Assembly: GCA_048938895.1 (NCBI GenBank)
Contig: JBHLLU010000007.1
Span: forward strand, 1 to 64,000
Length of the DNA: 64,000 nucleotides
Source: Promethearchaeota archaeon
GTDB taxonomy: Archaea > Asgardarchaeota > Lokiarchaeia > Sigyniarchaeales > SOKP01
Reading direction: 5' to 3'
In this document: positions 40,229-49,652 of the stretch, one piece after another
Numbering within the stretch: the first letter of the stretch is position 1
Layout: each line of letters opens with the position of its first letter
Position numbers and translations under genes: made by a program
Notes under the pieces: model-generated
The model's input: only the letters and a program-made list of their open reading frames with translations
Database searches by the model: none
What the model was told of the DNA's origin: nothing

Positions 40229-41818
40229 ATGTCGAAAATATATGTTTGTAGAGAGTGTGGTTATGCGTTTCCGGTTGAACTCTCTAATTTAATTGAACAA
40301 AATATTCAAGTTTATTGTGAGCAGTGTGGATCTCCTTTTATTTTGGAAGGAGTAACATTTAGACCGGCTCAAACACCAGTTAGAAGGAAAATAACACCTC
40401 CAGTTAGTCTAAGTAAGAAAGATTCTACTAGTTTAAATAAATTAATTCAATTTTTAAATAAAATATCATTTCTCCCAATTTTTATATTTACTATCATCTC
40501 ATTTGGTTTTATTGCCGAACTAACCTTCAATTTCGAAAATTGGCCAAACATTCTTTTTAATCGAGGTCTTCTAGGTTTAATTGGCCTATTCCTGATAATA
40601 TATGATAGGGCATATATTTCCCCAAAAATAAAAGAAGAAAAATATAATGAGATATTCATTGACTCTATCTGTTGGGGGATATTAGCTTGTATACTATATG
40701 GGACAGGAGTAATTATTCTCATCAAGGGAATTTTTATTTTCATTTATGTTATTACTGATGAACAAAACAAAAACCTAAAAGTTTACCATTACGGATTACT
40801 TGCAAAAAATTCTCTCTCTTATCTTTCTGCAAAAGCGGGATTTGTGATTATTTTAATGGGAATTTTTAGGATTTATGCCGATAAGATTTATATCCCATCA
40901 AGTTATTCTAAGACAATATTATTTCCTATTGGTGACCCTCCTCTTGAGATTCCTGTAATCATTCTAATATTTCTTTGTTATTTACTCATCGCAATTATAA
41001 CTTTAAGCATAGATAGCAGACAAAAATCAGAACTCAAAGACAAAGTTGGATTTGGAATTGTAGACTCAATCAAATTTATAATAATGGGGGTACTAGCGAC
41101 TCTTTTCTATGCTTCTGGGATCTTTATTATACTGAAAGGAGCATTGATTTTTTTCCTTTTTGTTGGCAAACCTTCAGAAAATCTTGAAATACCTTCAAGA
41201 GAGGAGAGCCCAATACCTTCTCCTCAGAAATTTACATTAGTGGAACCTCCCTTAAAACCAGAGGTTAAACAAATTGAAGAGGCAGAAAAAGAACCAATTT
41301 TGGAACCCACTCCAATAAAGACAGAATCTAAAGAAGAAGGGCCAATTTCTGAACCAGAAATAAAGATTGAAGAAGAACCAAGTGTCATTGAAGAAATAGA
41401 GGAGAAACATATAGAGAAGGAAAAAGAATTAACAGAGGAGGAATTCGAATTAAGACTTCACGAATCTCTTCTACCAGTAAAAGATGAAAAGGACAAAAAA
41501 TTAGTAAAAGAATATTTTACCAAGATTTTTTCTCTTCTATCAAAAGATTTGAGACAACAAATTAATGATCTAAAAATCTCAAAAAAGGAAAAAAGGGAGT
41601 TATTGGAAGAACTTGCTTTCTTAACTAAGGAAGAACAAATAAAATATGTCGAAGTTTTGATTGATTTATATAAAGAGATTCCTAAAAAATTAATAGAAAG
41701 AATTCGAAAGTTACCGAATGTTAAACTACAACATATTGACAAATTAATAGAACAATTGAAATATATGGATTCTCAAGAGCAGATTAGATTTATTCAATTC
41801 TTAGAGGAAAACGCCTAA
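40229..41818 (+). CDS. Membrane protein: N-terminal Zn ribbon, duplicated TM module, Pro/Glu linker, helical C-terminal domain
   Basis: CRECG...CEQCG; about 8 TMs; PE-rich linker; repeated C-terminal helices. Confidence 0.8.
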   Translation: MSKIYVCRECGYAFPVELSNLIEQNIQVYCEQCGSPFILEGVTFRPAQTPVRRKITPPVSLSKKDSTSLNKLIQFLNKISFLPIFIFTIISFGFIAELTFNFENWPNILFNRGLLGLIGLFLIIYDRAYISPKIKEEKYNEIFIDSICWGILACILYGTGVIILIKGIFIFIYVITDEQNKNLKVYHYGLLAKNSLSYLSAKAGFVIILMGIFRIYADKIYIPSSYSKTILFPIGDPPLEIPVIILIFLCYLLIAIITLSIDSRQKSELKDKVGFGIVDSIKFIIMGVLATLFYASGIFIILKGALIFFLFVGKPSENLEIPSREESPIPSPQKFTLVEPPLKPEVKQIEEAEKEPILEPTPIKTESKEEGPISEPEIKIEEEPSVIEEIEEKHIEKEKELTEEEFELRLHESLLPVKDEKDKKLVKEYFTKIFSLLSKDLRQQINDLKISKKEKRELLEELAFLTKEEQIKYVEVLIDLYKEIPKKLIERIRKLPNVKLQHIDKLIEQLKYMDSQEQIRFIQFLEENA

Positions 41819-41820
41819 AA

Positions 41821-42714
41821 ATGTCGCTGGAAAGAAGAAGAGAAGTTAAAAAACCGAATGAGAAAGATGTTTTGGAAGATAGTTCATTTAGGCGTTTGAA
41901 TTTTAAACCTTTAAAATATGGGGAAGATATAAAGGAAAAGAAAGTAAAAGAAAAAGATCTGGTTGAAGAATTAACTGAATTAGAAAAAGATGTTTTACAA
42001 ATTGCCAAAAATATCCTTAAACTGAAGCGTTATGAAGTGGAATTTGAAATTGAATCAATGTCTCAGATACAAAGATTTCCAATAATTGAAAAATTATATG
42101 CAAAATGTATTGCGAAATTGTCTTATAAGAAAGGATATAGCAAAGAAGAAATCTTTCTTGCAATAAGATCGTTAGAAGAAAAGAATTGGATTGTTACAAG
42201 CGAAAGGCGTACAAAACTAGAGATACTCACTAATGAGAAACTTAAAAAAATACTTAATTTTATTAAGGAGAATCCAGGGATTCATGCAAGAGATGATAAA
42301 ATTGAGAAGGAATTGAATATTACCCGTACTCCTTTTCTTAAGCACGTAATGACTTTAGAACGGTTTAATCTTATAAGATCAAAAAAAATTGGAAAATCTC
42401 TTCATTACTTTTTATCTGAAGTTCCTGAAGATTATGATAATCTAAAAATCATTTTTTTAAATCCTCTAATCCCTCAAATATTAGAAGAAATTTTCAGAGA
42501 TGAGTTGGTGACAATCACTAAAATAGGAGAAGCTTTAGATATTTATAGTGGAACGATACTCTATCATATAAATAAATTAAAAGAATTAAACCTAGTAAAA
42601 TCAACCAAGAATAAATCAGATAAGAAAATATTCTTAGTAAATTTTGAATTATTAAAAATTTATAATGATTTTTTTAAAGAACCTGATTTTAGTAGGCTAT
42701 TGCGAGGGCTTTAG
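41821..42714 (+). CDS. Multi-winged-helix transcriptional regulator
   Basis: ILNFIKENPGIH...L.I.......HV..LE...LI and a second wHTH (ILYHINKLKELNLV). Confidence 0.8.
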   Translation: MSLERRREVKKPNEKDVLEDSSFRRLNFKPLKYGEDIKEKKVKEKDLVEELTELEKDVLQIAKNILKLKRYEVEFEIESMSQIQRFPIIEKLYAKCIAKLSYKKGYSKEEIFLAIRSLEEKNWIVTSERRTKLEILTNEKLKKILNFIKENPGIHARDDKIEKELNITRTPFLKHVMTLERFNLIRSKKIGKSLHYFLSEVPEDYDNLKIIFLNPLIPQILEEIFRDELVTITKIGEALDIYSGTILYHINKLKELNLVKSTKNKSDKKIFLVNFELLKIYNDFFKEPDFSRLLRGL

Positions 42715-42754
42715 ACTAGTATACATGTTATATCTTCTTCATTTCAGATTTAAA

Positions 42755-43630
42755 TTAAGTTAATTTCCTTATTTCCGGTAAACTATTTATTAAAACTTTA
42801 ATTGCCCAATCAATTCCATTTTCCATATCCGGATGGATTTCTTTCGAATGAAGTAAATCATATTTCAAATTTCCAGGTAAATCTGTGACAGAAAGAATTG
42901 ACGCAGTTTTTAAATTATATAATTTTCCTAATAAGAATAAAATTGAAGATTCCATATCAATTCCCTGAATTTTGATTGATTGTAATGCACGGATAAAGTC
43001 TAAACTCTCACAAAATAGGGCATCAGTAGTCCATAAATCCCCTAACAATAATTTGTTGGGCATTAATTTTCTACCAGAATTTATCAAAATCTCTTTTAGA
43101 TTTGGATTTGGATGTGATATGAAAATCGTTTGATTTCCTGTTTGGAGGTTTTGAAATTTTGAAAAGGGATTTGTTATAGCTTTTAAATTATTAGAAAGGG
43201 ATGGATTTTCTCTTATGTATTGTGGACTCGTTCCATCATCGCAATATGCCAATTTAGGTATTAGAATTTTCCCTATATCAACATTCATATCAGGTAACTC
43301 AATTCCACCACATGTATCTAATCTTATTATTATTTTTGCCTTGCATCTTCTCAAACATTCGATTGTCATAGCACAATTTGGAGCCCCTACTAATGAACGA
43401 ATAACACTGACTCTAATATTATTAATTTCACCATTATATACTCTCCCATAATTCCGTTTGTTTTGTAATTTTTGTAATACTTTTTTCATTACAATTTTGA
43501 TAGCGGGAAGAATTACAATTTCATTTACATTTGAAGGGCTTGTTTCGAGAAATATCCGTACAATTTTCTCGTCGACACTTATAAATTTAAGTCCTACATT
43601 TCGCAACTCGCTTTTTATTTTATTCAGCAT
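42755..43630 (-). CDS. Purine/uridine nucleoside phosphorylase family protein
   Basis: GAP, IIRL.TCGG, DDGTSPQY, WTTDA.F.E, IDMESS and V.D motifs. Confidence 0.82.
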   Translation of the reverse strand: MLNKIKSELRNVGLKFISVDEKIVRIFLETSPSNVNEIVILPAIKIVMKKVLQKLQNKRNYGRVYNGEINNIRVSVIRSLVGAPNCAMTIECLRRCKAKIIIRLDTCGGIELPDMNVDIGKILIPKLAYCDDGTSPQYIRENPSLSNNLKAITNPFSKFQNLQTGNQTIFISHPNPNLKEILINSGRKLMPNKLLLGDLWTTDALFCESLDFIRALQSIKIQGIDMESSILFLLGKLYNLKTASILSVTDLPGNLKYDLLHSKEIHPDMENGIDWAIKVLINSLPEIRKLT

Positions 43631-43776
43631 CTTTATTTCAGTTTTTATTTATGCTAATTAAAAGATAGTTTAGTTTTTCTTATTCTCTAAAAGTACGATA
43701 CTAATTATTCAAATACTTATATTTTTTAAGAATATAGTTTAATATCTAAAGTAAATACATTTATTTATATAAACTA

Positions 43777-45099
43777 TTGAGTATTTCACGTTTAAGTGGC
43801 GCTTTTATGAAGAATCGGTTCATCGTCGATAACAGAATTACTAATGAATTTATTGAGGCATATACAAAAACAACTTACAGAATTGTTGGCAAGAATAAAC
43901 ATTCTTCCATCAAACCTTGTCATTGGTTAGAACAGAGACTTTTGACGGGTAGAGATAACCGAAATTGTTATAAAGGTGTATTTGGGATAAAAAGTAATAG
44001 ATGTTTACAAAATACCCCTTCATTACCATTTTGTAATCATCAATGCGTTTTTTGTTGGCGAGATATAGAAAAAGGTTCAGTAGGGAGCGAGTTTAGTGTT
44101 GAACCAGATGAACCAAAGGAGATCGTAGGTGAAATGGTTCGTCATCATCAAGATATTATCCAAAATCATTTACCTTTAAGAAGATATTTGGATAATTATG
44201 AGATAATGTTAGACATCCTTTATTATATGTTAATACATGGCGAGGCATTCTACAATATAAATTCTTTAATGAATAAAGTCCATGTTTCGAAAAATAAAAT
44301 TGAGAGAGCTGTAAATCTGCTTAAAAATCAGAATTTCATTAAGTCAAAAAATAATGGATTTACAAATTTTGGACTCGATGATGATATTAGCTGTTGCATT
44401 AATTCTAGAGTGGAATTAGAGATATTACTCAACCGAGCATTAACAACTCCTGATGAAATAATGCAAGCTCATAGTGAAGCAATGCACCCAAATCATGCTG
44501 CAATATCTCTTGATGGAGAACCGTTATTATACCCAAGAATGTCTGAACTAATTAAGGAATTCAAAAATCGTGAGATGACTACATTTATAGTAACCAATGG
44601 TACCCTCCCTGACAAAATTAATGATTTGAATTACTTACCAAGTCAGTTATATATTACTTTACCAGCACCAAATGAAGAGATATACAAGAAACTCTGCCGA
44701 CCAATGGTAAAAAATGGGTGGGAGAAAATAAATGAGAGTTTATTAATGTTAAATTCTCTTTCTTGTAGGTCATTAATTCGATTAACTGCTATTAAAAATT
44801 TAAATATGCACGAAAAATATATTAATACCTATAAAAATATAATTGAAAAAGCAAATCCGAACTTTTTTGAGATAAAAGGATTCACTCTCCAAGCAAAAGC
44901 ATTAGCAATAAAAGAACGTTTAAGAAGCAATAAACCACTGCATTATTTTTTTCCAGATTTTGAATATTTAGAAGATTTTGCTCTTAAGTTTGAAAAGATG
45001 ACCGGATTTCCTATTATATATAGGAATAGGACAAGTAGAGACTTTTTATTTGCCGTGAATTGGGACAAAGATAAAGATCCAAGAATTACGGAATTATAA
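43777..45099 (+). CDS. taw1: 4-demethylwyosine synthase Taw1/TYW1 (radical SAM) with an inserted domain
   Basis: HSSIKPCHW, CYK, RCLQ.TP, CNHQCVFCWR, HAAISLDGEP, VTNG and QLY motifs. Confidence 0.92.
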   Translation: MSISRLSGAFMKNRFIVDNRITNEFIEAYTKTTYRIVGKNKHSSIKPCHWLEQRLLTGRDNRNCYKGVFGIKSNRCLQNTPSLPFCNHQCVFCWRDIEKGSVGSEFSVEPDEPKEIVGEMVRHHQDIIQNHLPLRRYLDNYEIMLDILYYMLIHGEAFYNINSLMNKVHVSKNKIERAVNLLKNQNFIKSKNNGFTNFGLDDDISCCINSRVELEILLNRALTTPDEIMQAHSEAMHPNHAAISLDGEPLLYPRMSELIKEFKNREMTTFIVTNGTLPDKINDLNYLPSQLYITLPAPNEEIYKKLCRPMVKNGWEKINESLLMLNSLSCRSLIRLTAIKNLNMHEKYINTYKNIIEKANPNFFEIKGFTLQAKALAIKERLRSNKPLHYFFPDFEYLEDFALKFEKMTGFPIIYRNRTSRDFLFAVNWDKDKDPRITEL

Positions 45100-45183
45100 A
45101 TGCAAATAAAAAGAAAATACATTTTCAAAGTGGTCCTATCTCTCATAAAATTCATATAGATCCCTTCTATTCTTTAAAATAAG

Positions 45184-45798
45184 ATGTATATAATTTGCTT
45201 AGATCTTGAAGGAGTTCTTACTCCCGAAATTTGGGAAGAAGTTGCTACAACTACTGAAATTGATAAACTCAAGCTAACTACTAGAGATATTCCTGATTAT
45301 GATGTTCTTATGAAACAACGATTGAATATCCTAAAAACAAATAATATTACCTTAGATGATATCCAAAAAATAATTGCAAACATAGAACTTTTACCAGGAG
45401 CATTAGATTTTATAGAATGGCTTCAATCAAATTCTCAAGTACTAATTGCTACCGGTAGTTTTATAGAGTTCATTCAACCAATTGCAAAGAAACTTGGTTA
45501 CCCCTTAATTTTCTGTAACAATCTTGAAGTTAGCAATACAAGGATAATTACAAACTATCATTTAAGATTAAAAGACATGAAAAAGAAAACAGTAAGAGCG
45601 CTTAAGAAATTGCAATATAATGTTATAGCTGTTGGTGATTCTTATAATGATATTAAAATGCTAAAAGAAGCTGATTTTGGAATTTTATTTAGACCTTCTG
45701 AAAATGTAAAAAGAGACTATCCCCAATTCACTGTTGCTACTGAATACTCTGAACTAAAAGATCTAATTGGAAATATTTTACATTCAGGATCAATATAG
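45184..45798 (+). CDS. thrH: Phosphoserine phosphatase/homoserine phosphotransferase
   Basis: CLDLEGVL.PEIW, TTRDIPDYDVLM..R, GDSYND..ML and GILFR motifs. Confidence 0.9.
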   Translation: MYIICLDLEGVLTPEIWEEVATTTEIDKLKLTTRDIPDYDVLMKQRLNILKTNNITLDDIQKIIANIELLPGALDFIEWLQSNSQVLIATGSFIEFIQPIAKKLGYPLIFCNNLEVSNTRIITNYHLRLKDMKKKTVRALKKLQYNVIAVGDSYNDIKMLKEADFGILFRPSENVKRDYPQFTVATEYSELKDLIGNILHSGSI

Positions 45799-46428
45799 TT
45801 ATTTATTTGAGTATTGTCGAATGGCATACTTCAATTCTTTTAAATTGATTTTTTTTAATGCTGAGAATTCTAAATAGGGGATAGAAGTTTCATCATTATT
45901 CTGATAATTACTTAAGTGAATTAAATTAAGATTAAATTCTTTTGCAGACGTTAAAAATATATTTATTTTTCTATCTTTATCATAATTAGAAATTTTGTCA
46001 ATTTTATTTAAGAGGATCAAGATGGGAATCTTAAATTCGTTTAAAAATTGAATAAGTTCAAAACTTAAGGGAATTGTATTTCTATCTTCTATAAAATATT
46101 TCTTTATTTCATCTTCTATTCTTAAAATATTGAGCACCACTAATCCTAAAAAATAATTATCATGATTTCTTTCAATATGAATGACAATCTGCTTTTTTAT
46201 GTGTTCTACACGTCTATGGCTAGAATGCTTAGCAAATCCAAATCCAGGAAGATCAACGATATTATAGTTTAAACCAGGTTGGGTTATTGGTTTTATCAAC
46301 AAAGTGCTACCGGGGGATTTCCCTATTTTCCCTTTGAATAAACTAGGGTTGGGTAATAAAAGTCTTGTAATTGATGTCTTACCGACATTTGAATTTCCAA
46401 TTATTAATAAAGAAGGTTTTTCATTCAT
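45799..46428 (-). CDS. engB: EngB/YihA-family GTPase
   Basis: GNSNVGKTS, G..PGST, DLPGFG, NKID and FSA motifs. Confidence 0.8.
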   Translation of the reverse strand: MNEKPSLLIIGNSNVGKTSITRLLLPNPSLFKGKIGKSPGSTLLIKPITQPGLNYNIVDLPGFGFAKHSSHRRVEHIKKQIVIHIERNHDNYFLGLVVLNILRIEDEIKKYFIEDRNTIPLSFELIQFLNEFKIPILILLNKIDKISNYDKDRKINIFLTSAKEFNLNLIHLSNYQNNDETSIPYLEFSALKKINLKELKYAIRQYSNK

Positions 46429-46459
46429 TTTCTTTTTTATCTTGTTGATTCAGCGATAT

Positions 46460-47344
46460 TCAGATATCAAGGAAATCATCATTTAAAAAATCTTTGAACA
46501 TTTTTTTCTTTTCTTGTTCTTCAATTACAGGACGGGTACTTATTGGTTCACCTGCGATTTCTAACATTTCCTTTAGAGTATCAACATTAATGTTTATCTT
46601 AAACATTCCATCTTTTAAAAAGCGTACTACTTGTTTACTATTCAAACTCAATCGTAAGATATAACCTAATCCGAAATAAAATTGATGTTCTGGAATTGGA
46701 TCTATAGGTGATTTACTTGTAACTTCTTTCAAAACATCATATAATAACATTTTTGAGGCAATATGATCCTCAACATTAAATACAATATAGTAGAGGGCAT
46801 GATACCATATTTTATCTCGCTTATTTTTGATGTAATCTAAAAATTGATCTGGAGATACAACTTTTTCTTCTGTTTCTTTTCTTTTTAATAACTCCTGTTT
46901 AATTCGTTCCTCTAGCTCTTTGGAGACTTCATGAGTTGGCTGAGGCAATTCCTCTCCTTCAGAAAGTTCTGTTATTTCTTCTTGTTTAACAGATTCTATT
47001 GCATCTTGCATATCTTTTAATTCTTCGAAGTCGATTTCATCCATATCGGAAAAGTCAGTTACCATTGTCTCTTTAAACTCTTTTTCTTGTTGCAATTCTT
47101 CCTCAATTTTTAGGGCTATAGACTCTTCATCTGTTATCTCAATTTCGGATGATTCCTCAATTTCTTTAACTTGAGCTATAGCATCTTGTATTTCTTGAAG
47201 TTCTTCCATATCTAGATCCTCTAAATCAGAAAAATCGGTCTCTAGTGCTTTCATTTCTTCTAGATAAATTTTAAGATCGTCTTCCTCTATTGATTCTTCT
47301 TCATTTTCAATAAGTTCGGTTTCCTCTTCTTTATTCTCATTCAT
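46460..47344 (-). CDS. Acidic repeat protein with a folded C-terminal domain
   Basis: E/D-rich N-terminal region with two TDFSD repeats; C-terminal ~120 aa appears globular, possibly wHTH. Confidence 0.75.
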   Translation of the reverse strand: MNENKEEETELIENEEESIEEDDLKIYLEEMKALETDFSDLEDLDMEELQEIQDAIAQVKEIEESSEIEITDEESIALKIEEELQQEKEFKETMVTDFSDMDEIDFEELKDMQDAIESVKQEEITELSEGEELPQPTHEVSKELEERIKQELLKRKETEEKVVSPDQFLDYIKNKRDKIWYHALYYIVFNVEDHIASKMLLYDVLKEVTSKSPIDPIPEHQFYFGLGYILRLSLNSKQVVRFLKDGMFKININVDTLKEMLEIAGEPISTRPVIEEQEKKKMFKDFLNDDFLDI

Positions 47345-47445
47345 TTTAAACTAATATACTAGTATTTATGATTGTTGATACATATTTAATTAAAATATTG
47401 CCTTTCGTATAATTAAAATTGTCCTAAATATTTATTCACTTTAGT

Positions 47446-48159
47446 ATGGATGAAATTAACTTAGATAAGTATAAAGGAATCATCTTTGATATGGATGGTG
47501 TGATCTATAACATATCAGAAGCAATTGAAAAAGCAGTTGATGATTCTGTAGATAAGTACAAGATGAATGTCAATACTTCTGAGATAATGGAAGAACTTGC
47601 TCATCTCATTGAAGAAATCCAGAATTATCCCGTTCCCAAAATTATTCTTAACTCATATGATCTATTACAAGTAAAATTTTTGGAGGGTTTAAGCTATTTT
47701 AAGAAACTTCGTATTGCTATTTTTCTATTTAATCAGTTTAATAAATATAAAGATGCTGAGTCTTCGATTTATCCGGGGATAGATGATTTGATAAAGAATA
47801 TTTATGATAAAAAATTGAAGTTAGCAATATTAACCAATAATAAAAGCCAATATGCTGAAGAAGTCTTAGAAAAGTTTAATTTAACCAAATTTTTCAAGAC
47901 GATCATAGGATTTAATGAAGTATCAGAAGTAAAACCTAGCCCTGAAGGTATTTTAAAAATCATCGATGTCTGGAAGATTAAACCATCAGAAACAATTTTT
48001 ATAGGGGATATGACCACAGATGTAGATGCGGGAAAATCCGCAAAGGTCAAAATGATATGTGTCGCTTCTGGTCTGGCTAAAAAGGAATCTTTACTAGAGC
48101 ATAATCCAGACATTTTGGTTGACAATACAGAACAATTAATCAAACTTTTCGGATTTTAA
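47446..48159 (+). CDS. HAD subfamily IA phosphatase (phosphoglycolate-phosphatase-like)
   Basis: FDMDG, YPG, LTN, KPSP and IGD...DV.AG motifs. Confidence 0.9.
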   Translation: MDEINLDKYKGIIFDMDGVIYNISEAIEKAVDDSVDKYKMNVNTSEIMEELAHLIEEIQNYPVPKIILNSYDLLQVKFLEGLSYFKKLRIAIFLFNQFNKYKDAESSIYPGIDDLIKNIYDKKLKLAILTNNKSQYAEEVLEKFNLTKFFKTIIGFNEVSEVKPSPEGILKIIDVWKIKPSETIFIGDMTTDVDAGKSAKVKMICVASGLAKKESLLEHNPDILVDNTEQLIKLFGF

Positions 48160-48277
48160 TTTTATTATATTATTAATACCCTTTATAATAATAAGCAAGA
48201 GATTAGTGCTTCATCAGAGTAACAAACTGCCTTAATGGAATTTTATTGTTATTAATTTTTTAAATTTTTCTCATATT

Positions 48278-48305
48278 GTAAAAATTTAAAACACCTAATT
48301 TTTAC
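48278..48305 (+). promoter_or_regulatory. 28-bp palindrome overlapping a BRE/TATA-like element, copy 1
   Basis: GTAAAAATT-N10-AATTTTTAC upstream of the first GTPase. Confidence 0.55.
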
Positions 48306-48336
48306 TATTTAGGAAATAGATTCATTAAATTAGACG

Positions 48337-48897
48337 TTGAATCATATGAGTGATGCTTTCAAATTTAAAATTGTAGTAGTGGGGAATGCTGCTGTTGGGA
48401 AAACTTCGCTGATTAAGAGATATACCACAGATACCTTTGAAAAGGATTATATTTCAACTTTAGGAATGCATTTTTCGAAATTTGATGAAGAAGTTGCAGG
48501 AGAAAAGGTAGAATTATTACTTTGGGACTTAGCCGGTCAAGAATCGTTTAGTACTTTACGTGACAGATTTTATGCTGGTAGTAGTGGTGCTATTATTGTT
48601 TTTTCTCTTGCTCCAGAAGAAATTGAAACCTATAATCAGATTAATAAATGGTATTCGGATGTAAAAGAAGCATGTGGTAATATTCCAATTATATTATTTG
48701 GAAATAAAGCTGATTTGGTTGATCAAGAGGCTTTAATAAACAGTCCAGACTATGCTACTTCTGATATTCATGTTGAAAAGTTTGCTCAAGATCATAAATT
48801 TATTCGGTATTTCAAAACAAGTGCTTTATCAGGTCAAAATGTCAAAGAAGCATTTCAAGCATTAGTAGTAAAATTATATCAAAGAGCTACAATTTAA
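48337..48897 (+). CDS. Ras-superfamily small GTPase (Rab/Rho-like), tandem copy 1
   Basis: GNAAVGKT, Y.STLG, WDLAGQ, NKAD and TSAL motifs. Confidence 0.93.
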   Translation: MNHMSDAFKFKIVVVGNAAVGKTSLIKRYTTDTFEKDYISTLGMHFSKFDEEVAGEKVELLLWDLAGQESFSTLRDRFYAGSSGAIIVFSLAPEEIETYNQINKWYSDVKEACGNIPIILFGNKADLVDQEALINSPDYATSDIHVEKFAQDHKFIRYFKTSALSGQNVKEAFQALVVKLYQRATI

Positions 48898-48948
48898 TTT
48901 CTTCAATTTTAACGCTTTTTCGATTAGATATTATTAGCATTTTCTTTT

Positions 48949-48976
48949 GTAAAAATTTAAAATATGAAATTTTTAC
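48949..48976 (+). promoter_or_regulatory. 28-bp palindrome overlapping a BRE/TATA-like element, copy 2
   Basis: GTAAAAATTT-N8-AAATTTTTAC upstream of the second GTPase. Confidence 0.55.
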
Positions 48977-49019
48977 TAAATAAGAAAGAGTATTTTCAAC
49001 TAAAAGGAGATTGGTATAA

Positions 49020-49589
49020 TTGAGTGATGTTAAAGGTTATGGATTTAAAATTACTGTTATCGGGGATGGTGCTGTGGGAAAAACTTCATTAATCAAAAAA
49101 TATACTCAAGGATCCTTCCAGAATGAATATATCGCTACGTTGGGAACTCAATTTTCTAAATACGAGGAGATCATTGATGGAGATAAGGTTGAACTATATC
49201 TTTGGGATATTGCAGGTCAGGATTCATTTGATGCATTACGTCAAAGATTTTATATTGGCAGTAGTGGAGCTATTATTGTATTTTCTCATGCGTCTGAACA
49301 ATCTGCAAGTTTTGATCATATAACGAAATGGCTGAGTGATTTAAAAAAGCATTGTGGAAACATACCAATTGTTCTTTTCGGAAATAAAATTGATTTAATC
49401 GAGAATGGTGAATTAAAATCGGATTCGAACAATCCAAAATCAGACGGTAATCTAGAAAAATTTGCAAAAGATAATCGGTTTGTTGGTTATTATAAGACCA
49501 GTGCTCTTACAGGTGAGGGAGTTACTGATGCGTTTAAAGCTTTGGTTAGAAAACTCTATATGATCGCTAAGGTCTCAAGCTTTTCATAA
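49020..49589 (+). CDS. Ras-superfamily small GTPase (Rab/Rho-like), tandem copy 2
   Basis: GDGAVGKT, Y.ATLG, WDIAGQ, NKID and TSAL motifs; GGAG SD. Confidence 0.93.
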   Translation: MSDVKGYGFKITVIGDGAVGKTSLIKKYTQGSFQNEYIATLGTQFSKYEEIIDGDKVELYLWDIAGQDSFDALRQRFYIGSSGAIIVFSHASEQSASFDHITKWLSDLKKHCGNIPIVLFGNKIDLIENGELKSDSNNPKSDGNLEKFAKDNRFVGYYKTSALTGEGVTDAFKALVRKLYMIAKVSSFS

Positions 49590-49652
49590 ACTCTTGCTTT
49601 AATTATTATTTATAGTTGTATAGTAAAAACTTTAAAAAAAAAAATTAAAAGT

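Noticed and set aside
44170-44450. Intein interpretation of the Taw1 insertion
   Set aside because: No C/S start with an HN-C/S/T end, and no Hint-domain motifs.
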